From Terracidiphilus sp. (GTDB lineage: Bacteria; Acidobacteriota; Terriglobia; Terriglobales; Acidobacteriaceae), in assembly GCA_050015795.1 (NCBI GenBank), contig JBEKAS010000001.1:2118-66117 (forward strand): a stretch of 64,000 nucleotides of DNA, in the 5' to 3' direction. A program made the position numbers and the translations under genes. The notes beneath the pieces were generated by a model. That model saw nothing but the letters and a program-made list of their open reading frames with translations, ran no database searches and was not told the DNA's origin. The stretch's first letter is position 1. Each line of letters begins with the position of its first letter. Below, one piece after another: positions 48,291 through 55,551 of the stretch.

Positions 48291-48395
48291 TCGCGGCCTA
48301 CTGATCGCCGCCGGACAACTTGCAAGTGTTCGCGTGCTGTCTTTGAAAGGACTGGGGTCGCCGCCCACAGGGTAGCGGTACTGCGAGGCAATATT

Positions 48396-50144
48396 ATGAC
48401 GTCGTCTTCCGATGCCACCAGTCCGACGCTACTAATCCTGGAGTTCAGCCTGACAGCGTTCATGTTCGTGATTTCTTTCGGCTGGCCGGGAATCGGGCAA
48501 AATTTTTTCCGGCGAATGGAACGTTGGTTTGGAAAGCTGGCGCGAAGAAAATGGCTCGCGGTTATTTCTGTCGCCCTAAGCGTACTGCTGCTGCGCCTGG
48601 CCATCCTTCCTCTATTTCCGGTTCCGCTCCCGTTTTGTTCCGACGATTTCAGTTTTCTGTTAGCCGGTGATACTTTTGGCCACGGCAGACTGACCAATTT
48701 GACGCCTGCCATGTGGACCCATTTCGAGACTATCCACGTCACTATGAAACCGACGTATCAATCGATGTACTTCCCAGGGCAGGGGCTGATTCTTGCCGCC
48801 AGCAAGGTCGTCTTTGGTAATTCCTGGACTGGCCTGTTGATCGTGAGCGCGCTGATGTGCGCGGCGCTTTGCTGGATGCTGCAGGCGTGGCTTCCGGCCA
48901 GTTGGGCTTTGCTCGGCGGGATGATTGCCGTTCTGCGACTGGGGGTATTCAGTTACTGGACGAACACTTATCACGCCGGGGGTTCACTCGCGGCGCTGGG
49001 CGGAGCGCTGATTTTGGGCGCCCTGCCGCGACTGATAAGAACGACAAGGCTTCGCTATGCAATGCTGATGGGCATTGGCGTTGCGATATTGGTTCTTACG
49101 CGACCATACGAAGGCATACTGCTTTGCCTGCCGGTTGGGGTTGTGCTGGGCAACTGGATTTGGAAGGGAAAAAACCGGCCGGGCGTTGCTTCACTGACGG
49201 GCCTGGCCGCGGCGACGCTGGCGTTTGGTATTGCTGCTGTGGCTTGGATGGGCTACTACGACTATCGCGCCTTCGGTAATCCGCTGACTGCGCCGTACAC
49301 CATCGATCGCAATACTTACGCAATTGCCCCGTATTATGTGTGGCAGCAACCGCGGCCGGAGCCTACGTACAGATATGCTGAGATGCGGGCTTTCTATCAT
49401 GAAGGCGAATTGAGTTTCTACAACCACATCCATTCCGTGAAGGGGTTTGTGCCTTACACCCTGGAGAAAGTCGGATTTGTAATTCTCTTCTACGCTGGTT
49501 TTGCGCTGTTTCCTCCGTTGATTATGGTCCGCCGCATCTTTCTGGATCGGCGCATCCGCTTCCTTGTTGTGTGCGTGCTTGTGCTGGCAGGCGGGATGGT
49601 CATCGAGATCTTTCTTCTGCCGCACTATGTGGCGCCTTTCACGGCGGCTTTTTATGCCATCGGTTTGCAGGCTATGCGGCACATGCGGTTTTGGAAGCCG
49701 GAGGGGAAGCCGATGGGTTTGGCTTTGCTGCGGCTCACGATTGTGGTCTGTGTGTTGATGGCCGGAATACGGGTGGTTGCATCGCCTTTGCATTTTGGAC
49801 CGAACGAATTCCCACCGAGCGACTGGAACGAATCCTGGTTCGGCCCGGAGCATTTTGGAACAGAACGAGCGCAAATCGAAGCCCGGCTCAGCCAGCTTCC
49901 TGGGGGACAATTGGCGATCGTCCGCTACAGCCCTGACCACAACCCAGGGAACGAATGGGTTTACAACCGTGCTGACATCGATGGTTCCAAAGTCGTATGG
50001 GCACGGGATGCAGATGCTGCCGATAATTTAGAGTTGATCCATTACTACCAAAACCGGAAGGTCTGGCTGGTTGAGCCGGACCTGACACCTGCAAGAGTTT
50101 CGCCGTATGCAATATCGGAAAGGGCCGCCCATCCCACTCCGTGA
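48396..50144 (+). CDS. Polytopic membrane protein, putative GT-C glycosyltransferase
   Basis: First loop DDFSFLLAGDTF.HGRL...HFE...YQSMYFPGQ, then many TMs and a soluble C-terminal domain. Confidence 0.6.
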   Translation: MTSSSDATSPTLLILEFSLTAFMFVISFGWPGIGQNFFRRMERWFGKLARRKWLAVISVALSVLLLRLAILPLFPVPLPFCSDDFSFLLAGDTFGHGRLTNLTPAMWTHFETIHVTMKPTYQSMYFPGQGLILAASKVVFGNSWTGLLIVSALMCAALCWMLQAWLPASWALLGGMIAVLRLGVFSYWTNTYHAGGSLAALGGALILGALPRLIRTTRLRYAMLMGIGVAILVLTRPYEGILLCLPVGVVLGNWIWKGKNRPGVASLTGLAAATLAFGIAAVAWMGYYDYRAFGNPLTAPYTIDRNTYAIAPYYVWQQPRPEPTYRYAEMRAFYHEGELSFYNHIHSVKGFVPYTLEKVGFVILFYAGFALFPPLIMVRRIFLDRRIRFLVVCVLVLAGGMVIEIFLLPHYVAPFTAAFYAIGLQAMRHMRFWKPEGKPMGLALLRLTIVVCVLMAGIRVVASPLHFGPNEFPPSDWNESWFGPEHFGTERAQIEARLSQLPGGQLAIVRYSPDHNPGNEWVYNRADIDGSKVVWARDADAADNLELIHYYQNRKVWLVEPDLTPARVSPYAISERAAHPTP

Positions 50145-51681
50145 GCCGTCCACGCAAGCAGAATCTGCTCGCCCACGGCGATTTGCGTGGGTTCTCGAAG
50201 GGGTGCCCGACTCGACGCGCTCGCGTTGGCCGGAATGGGGCACGCTGTTTCTCTACGTGGCGCTGGTTGCCCTCGCAATTCCCTATCATGAACCGTGGGT
50301 TGACGAAGCCCAGGCGTGGCAGTTAGCGAGAAGTCTTTCTCTCACATCTCTATTCAAGACTTACATTCGTTACGAAGGTTCCCCGGGCCTTTGGCATTTC
50401 GTGCTGTGGATGATGACTCGCATCCATATCAGCTACGCAGGCGTGCACTGGATTTGCGGAGCGATTGCCACTGCCGCGGTGTGGCTTCTTCTTTTCAGAT
50501 CGCCCTTTTCCCGTTACCTGAAACTCTCGCTGCCGTTCACTTACTTTCTTTTATTTCAGTACGCGATTGTGGCGCGGAACTATGTACTCGCGCCATTACT
50601 GTTGTTTCTCGCCGCAATGGCATGGAAGAAAAGTCCAGTCAGGCTGGCCCTGGCTCTGGGGTTACTGGCAAATGTATCGCTCCACGCCGCGGTTATCTCT
50701 GGCGGACTCGCCGCCGTTTATGCCATCGAGCAATTTCGCAACCGAGAGAACAAATCTCTCAACCACCCGCGAAAACTCTTGATTGGTGCGTTGCTCCTTC
50801 TGGTCTTCTATGCGTTCGCGATCTGGACAGCATGGCCGCCCCGCGATCTTATCCTTTCCTCGGTCCGCGGGCAGTCCGGTATTTACCTTCTGCGAGGGGT
50901 CTTTTCGCTGGTGTGGCCGACGTGCCAACCGTGGGTCGTATCCATACCGTTCTGGACCGCAATAATATTGTGGCTCCACGCGCGCCACAAGCTCTATTTC
51001 CTTTTGCCGGTTCTGCTTTTTGCCGCCTTTTCCGGTGCAGTGTCAGTCGCCTGGTGGCATGCCGGACTCGTGATCCCACTTTTGATCTGCCTGCTTTGGA
51101 TTACTTGGCACGCGCCTGGAACAGTCGCCCGCGAGATTGAGATGGCTGGCCGCATCGCATTGGTGATCATGATTGCGACGCAGATTCTCTGGTCAGGTTA
51201 TGCGCTCTTCTACGACCACTACTATCCATACTCCCCCGATCCTGCAGCTGCGAAGTTCTTAAGCCCATATGTCAGGGAAGGCGCAACCATTGCGGTGACG
51301 TATATCAGTGGTCCCAACGATAAGCGCGTGCGCGCTTATCCCGCAGTGGGAATCTTGCCCTATTTCGACCATAATATTTATGCAAATACTCCTTATCCAT
51401 TCTGGTGGTGGAGCGATCAGGACCCATCTGAGGATCGGTTCAACGCCTTGTTGCCGTCTCACCCTCGCATCGTGATCGTTGAAGAAACACATAGCAATCC
51501 AGTAGTACATATGAATCTGGACAAGCCCAAGTACGTATTGTTAGTTAAGGATGGCTACAGGTTTGTGACCAGTTTCTGCGGATCCCAACCGTGGCAATTG
51601 GAACTCGGAGAAACCCTCTGCCACGTCGTCTTCGAGTACTCAGGACAGTCCGGCGCTTCGGGTATGCAGGCGCAAAGATAG
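50107..51681 (+). CDS. Polytopic membrane protein, putative GT-C glycosyltransferase
   Basis: HEPWVDEAQAWQLAR...YEGSPGLWH after the first TM (DE diacid typical of GT-C), QYAIVARNY and about ten TMs. Confidence 0.62.
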   Translation: MQYRKGPPIPLREPSTQAESARPRRFAWVLEGVPDSTRSRWPEWGTLFLYVALVALAIPYHEPWVDEAQAWQLARSLSLTSLFKTYIRYEGSPGLWHFVLWMMTRIHISYAGVHWICGAIATAAVWLLLFRSPFSRYLKLSLPFTYFLLFQYAIVARNYVLAPLLLFLAAMAWKKSPVRLALALGLLANVSLHAAVISGGLAAVYAIEQFRNRENKSLNHPRKLLIGALLLLVFYAFAIWTAWPPRDLILSSVRGQSGIYLLRGVFSLVWPTCQPWVVSIPFWTAIILWLHARHKLYFLLPVLLFAAFSGAVSVAWWHAGLVIPLLICLLWITWHAPGTVAREIEMAGRIALVIMIATQILWSGYALFYDHYYPYSPDPAAAKFLSPYVREGATIAVTYISGPNDKRVRAYPAVGILPYFDHNIYANTPYPFWWWSDQDPSEDRFNALLPSHPRIVIVEETHSNPVVHMNLDKPKYVLLVKDGYRFVTSFCGSQPWQLELGETLCHVVFEYSGQSGASGMQAQR

Positions 51682-52045
51682 TCCCGGATGAAGAGGGAGG
51701 CGCGGCGAATGGCATACTTCCAAAACCCCGGTGCATTGAGGTTTGCGTTGAGGTGTGTGAAATTTACACTTGTATCCGCACTGGCGTGACCAGAATGGAG
51801 AGCCCGGCAAATTCTGTGCCATCAGTTGGCATGAGACAAACTGCAAAGAACGAAGCAAGGATTAGAATGGCTCTCAGGTGAGCCGTTCCTGTCGGCTCGT
51901 TGCAGCCATGCCGCAGCGGCGAATGCGGATTGCTCGTCCCCGTCCCGGTCTGCCCTTGGAAACCGCCGCGTCCACAACGAAGGGTAGACTTCTGCGGCGA
52001 CCGAGGAGCCCTGCGGAACCTACCCGTAGAACGGCCAGAAGTGGA

Positions 52046-52094
52046 ATGGGGTTGCCCCCTTAACTGTTTGTCTCAGCCAAGGGGGCAACCCCAT
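52046..52094. repeat. Perfect 16-bp inverted repeat with a 17-nt loop
   Basis: atggggttgccccctt-N17-aagggggcaaccccat. Confidence 0.8.
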
Positions 52095-52454
52095 CTCGTG
52101 CCCGCCGCGTGCTGGCCGTCTGTAAGCGTGTGGCTCCATCAGTTTTCCCTCCAACTGCTTCGACCTTATCCCCGCTCCTGACCCACTTCAATGCCCCTGC
52201 GTGCTGCGGTGATTGGCGTTGGGATTCTTTGCAAGAGTTACTCTGCGGCGCATGAGCACCATCCCGGAGCTTTCCTTCTCCTCGGCAAAGATTCTGGAGG
52301 CACTTGCGACATGGCCAGTAACCATACATCGGTTACCGGCGCACCGGGAAAGAGCACTTAACGGGCAGGAGCGCGTGCAGCAAAAGCCGCATTGCACATT
52401 CAGGTTCTCAGCCCTAGACTTTGCGTTCAAGACGAAATAAAGGAGGAAGAGCAA

Positions 52455-52640
52455 ATGCACGACGGGCTTCTTACCTTGTACGTGAAGTTCCAAACTCTGG
52501 CGAGCCGCGAAGAAGGTCAGGATCTGGTCGAGTATGCGTTGCTCTGCTGTCTAATTGCCCTCGCCGTGATCACGGGCGTTAACCAAGTTACGACAGCGGT
52601 GACGACGGTCTTCAGCAATATCAGCACTTCGCTTGCGTAA
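52455..52640 (+). CDS. flp: Flp-family type IVb pilin
   Basis: REEG|QDLVEYALL Flp motif (E+5, Y+6), hydrophobic helix, 61 aa, and AGGAGG RBS. Confidence 0.9.
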   Translation: MHDGLLTLYVKFQTLASREEGQDLVEYALLCCLIALAVITGVNQVTTAVTTVFSNISTSLA

Positions 52641-52770
52641 TCAAGGAATCGCGAGGAACTAATCCACTGACGTGTTTCGTCGCGGTACGTTTCCAGTAAT
52701 CGGTTCCTATTCCCGTTGGTCTCGGCTCTGCGTGTTCACACCTACCGGGGGCTCGTTTAGAGGTGCTGCT

Positions 52771-52953
52771 ATGAGCGACCGCGAACGCGACTACATGGAA
52801 TTGCTGGCCCATCTGGAAAAGGCGCGGCTGGCTATCGGCACAGCCAATCCTCGTTTTTCTTACTACGAGCGCATGATCCGGCAAGCCATCTTTGACGACG
52901 ACGCACTTGCCGAATTGCAGGAGCGCATTCGACGCGAAGGAGGTCTCTGGTGA
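52771..52953 (+). CDS. Small hypothetical protein (60 aa)
   Basis: GAGGTG RBS and a helical, charged sequence MSDRERDYMELLAHLEKARLAIG. Confidence 0.5.
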   Translation: MSDRERDYMELLAHLEKARLAIGTANPRFSYYERMIRQAIFDDDALAELQERIRREGGLW

Positions 52954-53061
52954 TCGACCAATTCCGCTTTTGCTTGACATATTCCGGCTTCATATCAAGC
53001 AATTAAGTGTTGCCGGTCAAGTGGTAGCCTTGGTGTCGCTTTTTCGGTGTGAGCTTTTTAG

Positions 53062-53529
53062 ATGAGTATGCGTCAAGCAGCAAAATGGTGGTCGCAATAC
53101 ATGGGCGTTGTTCGCGATGGGCAACACCGGCTTGATGCTGTGTTTCAGGCGATGCTGCATTCCAATGACCTTGTCGGTTGTGGAAGAGACATATTGGACA
53201 AACGCTACGGTCATGTGCAGCGTTGGCTGATGAAGGATGGCTCAGGGCTGTCGCTACCTATGCTTGGTCACCCGGTTGAGCAGTTGGTATCCCAAAGCGT
53301 TGGCGACCTGAAAAAGCCAGCGTTCAGGCTGCTGTCTGAGGATGAAGCCGAAGTCCTCAAGGCTGAAATCGTTGCGAGGAATGAACTGGCTGGAGGGGTT
53401 ATCCGCCACGTTTGCGCTGAGACGACTATCGGGGAACCGAATGTGTCCCATGATTTGGAACTCAACAACGACGACAAGGAATGGTTGCACCGGATAGGCG
53501 TAGCCTTGGAGGTCACCGACATCGCATGA
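53062..53529 (+). CDS. Hypothetical protein (155 aa)
   Basis: Uninterrupted ORF with protein-like composition and no recognisable motif. Confidence 0.5.
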   Translation: MSMRQAAKWWSQYMGVVRDGQHRLDAVFQAMLHSNDLVGCGRDILDKRYGHVQRWLMKDGSGLSLPMLGHPVEQLVSQSVGDLKKPAFRLLSEDEAEVLKAEIVARNELAGGVIRHVCAETTIGEPNVSHDLELNNDDKEWLHRIGVALEVTDIA

Positions 53530-53764
53530 CTGAGGATGGCATTTGCTCCACATTCTCTTCTGTCTGTTCCGGCACCTTCCGAAACACCCGATTGTAAATC
53601 TCGTGCGCCAAATCGACCGACTCTTCTATCGCATGGCTGGTCGGAACGACTCTGACGTTGGCCTGCTTCTCTCGCGCCAGCCGGATTCCGGCGATGAGGC
53701 ACGCGCCAAGGTAGACCATCCCTCGGTTGATTCGGGGCAGGTGAGCGTCCGGGTCGAACATCAC
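53513..53764 (-). CDS. Small hypothetical protein (83 aa)
   Basis: ATGA-coupled to the upstream zinc-ribbon gene; contains VYLGACLIAGIRLAR. Confidence 0.55.
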   Translation of the reverse strand: MMFDPDAHLPRINRGMVYLGACLIAGIRLAREKQANVRVVPTSHAIEESVDLAHEIYNRVFRKVPEQTEENVEQMPSSVMRCR

Positions 53765-53976
53765 CGGCCTCCGTCCCGTTGCTGGCGGGTGACGAGTCCG
53801 TCAGGTCGCCCGAGGAAGACCTCGCTCGGTCTGTACTGCCGTCGCTCTCCACATAGCGGACACTCTACGACGACCGACTGAAACGGGAATTCCTCCCGAC
53901 CAGAGGGCACATCGCGGCGGCACTGCTTGCAGGTGACCACGAAGGTCTTGCGATTCCAGTCGGGGCTTCCTAGCAT
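53761..53976 (-). CDS. Small zinc-ribbon protein (71 aa)
   Basis: VVTCKQCRR...VECPLCGERRQY: two CxxC pairs. Confidence 0.6.
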   Translation of the reverse strand: MLGSPDWNRKTFVVTCKQCRRDVPSGREEFPFQSVVVECPLCGERRQYRPSEVFLGRPDGLVTRQQRDGGR

Positions 53977-54128
53977 TTCCTAACAGTTTTCCTGAAATCG
54001 AAGGGCTCAAAATTGTCATCGACAATGGAAAATCCATGATTGTCTCAGAAATCCCTTCGTTTTCGCTTGCATTTTTGGGGGCAATATTTACAGTGGTCTT
54101 GGAAAAACTTCAGGCACTCCGAAGGCGC

Positions 54129-54146
54129 GTCCCTTCTTCGGCACCA
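54129..54146 (+). repeat. attR: duplicated 3' end of tRNA-Leu
   Basis: gtcccttcttcggcacca is identical to 28873-28890. Confidence 0.88.
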
Positions 54147-54198
54147 AATCTTACCAAAATTCTTCTGTTGATTCGTCAATTGAACAAGGGTGCGCTTA

Positions 54199-54239
54199 CC
54201 CACCCAAATCCCTAAAAAAGCGCGGAAAAGTATGGGCAC
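54199..54239. repeat. Degenerate REP-like hairpin, CCCACCC...GGGCAC family
   Basis: cccacccaaatccctaaaaaagcgcggaaaagtatgggcac, just outside attR. Confidence 0.55.
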
Positions 54240-54289
54240 GGATGCAGTGTTTGTTGCCGAATCAATAATGGGCGGGCGGCCGGCCGAGT

Positions 54290-55294
54290 TTACGTACGCG
54301 GCGCACAGGTGGATTCGCGCAACACAAACCGCGTCTTGTACTCGAAGTTGGTTTTCTTGGGTGTGTGCTGGATTTCTTCGAGGAGGGCGCGGAAGGCCAG
54401 CCTGGCAAGCTCGCGAGGAGAAAACTCGATGGAGGTGAGCGGCGGCTGCGTGTACTGGCAGATGGTGAGGTCGTCGAAACCGATGAGGGCAATGTCTTTG
54501 CCGGCCTGAAGGCCGCGCGCGGCCAGGGTCTTCAAGGCGCCGACGGCAGCCACGTCGTTACAACACAAAACGGCAGTGGGCGGCTTGGGAAGGCTGAGCA
54601 AAAAGCCCATGCCGTGCGCGCCGCCATCCCAGGTGTGATCGCATTCGGCCACCAGCTCCTTATCGAAGGCGTAGCCGGAGGCTTTCATGGCCTTGCGCAG
54701 GGCTTCGAAGCGCGTGCGCATGCTGCTCCAGCTCATGCGTCCGCTCAGGTAGCCGATGCGCTGATGTCCGAAGTCGACGAGGTGCTTGATGGCGTCCTTA
54801 AAGCCGGGCAAATAGTTGATGCGCACGTTACGCACGCCGCGCAGATCGTGATCGGCGCCGGCGTAGACCACGGGAACGTCGATCTGCGTGTTCGCCAGCT
54901 GCTCTTCCATGCCGAAGGTGAGGGCGGCGATGCCTTCGACCTGACGCTCCTGCATGCGCGTGGCGCACACGGCGACGTGATCGGGTCGGGTTTCGGTGTC
55001 GGCAAAGCTGACGAGGACTTCGTAGCCCTGTTCGACCGCGGCGCGTTCGAAGTAGAGCATGACCTCAGAGAAAAATGGATTGCCGCCGCTCAGCTCGGAG
55101 ACGATCAACCCGACAGTGTGGCTGCGGCCGCGAGCCAGGGCACGCGCCTGGAAGTTGGGCCGATAGCCCACTTCCTGAATGATGGCCTGCACGCGGCGCA
55201 CCAGTTTGGGATCGACAGATTCAACCTGATTGATGACCCGGGAAACGGTGGAATGAGAAACACGAGCGCGCTTGGCAATCTCCCTGATATTCAT
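54290..55294 (-). CDS. LacI-family transcriptional regulator
   Basis: MNIREIAKRARVSHSTVSRVIN, YRPN..ARAL, NDVAAVG, GFDD and PPLTSI. Confidence 0.93.
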   Translation of the reverse strand: MNIREIAKRARVSHSTVSRVINQVESVDPKLVRRVQAIIQEVGYRPNFQARALARGRSHTVGLIVSELSGGNPFFSEVMLYFERAAVEQGYEVLVSFADTETRPDHVAVCATRMQERQVEGIAALTFGMEEQLANTQIDVPVVYAGADHDLRGVRNVRINYLPGFKDAIKHLVDFGHQRIGYLSGRMSWSSMRTRFEALRKAMKASGYAFDKELVAECDHTWDGGAHGMGFLLSLPKPPTAVLCCNDVAAVGALKTLAARGLQAGKDIALIGFDDLTICQYTQPPLTSIEFSPRELARLAFRALLEEIQHTPKKTNFEYKTRFVLRESTCAPRT

Positions 55295-55551
55295 GCACTT
55301 TTCTCAAACCGAACGGCCGCCTAGGAGGGCATTTTAGAAACCGGTCACTCGGGGGGGGGTGCGGTTCGACTCCGAGTATATCAGCAGATTGCGCTGGCCC
55401 AGGCGCATGGACGATTTGATTTGCGATCGAAGTGGAATCACGCAAGTTTCGTTGGGGTCGTAGGAGGTTGCGATTCTGGCAGCGTAGCAGCTGCGCTGGA
55501 TGTGCGCGCGGAGGGTTGCGACCATAATAGAAGGATGAGCGACAGGATCGA

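Larger units (their letters stand above)
28891..54146. mobile_element. tRNA-Leu-integrated genomic island (~25 kb), no integrase detected
   Basis: Bounded by an exact 18-bp direct repeat of the tRNA 3' end. Visibly more AT-rich than the flanks, with IS scars, phage-like remnants and glycan cargo. It lacks the host REP elements. Confidence 0.85.

Noticed and set aside
51795-51885. Glycine riboswitch (TGGAGAGC ... CTCTCAGGT)
   Set aside because: It lacks the conserved CCGAAG-AGCAA core and a second aptamer, and no glycine-related gene follows.
28891-54128. Intact prophage or ICE
   Set aside because: No integrase, structural, lysis, relaxase or T4SS genes are recognisable; only fragments remain.
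55360-55376. tRNA fragment or second att site (GGTTCGACTCC)
   Set aside because: Only a T-loop-like 11-mer, with no acceptor stem or CCA and no match to the tRNA-Leu end.
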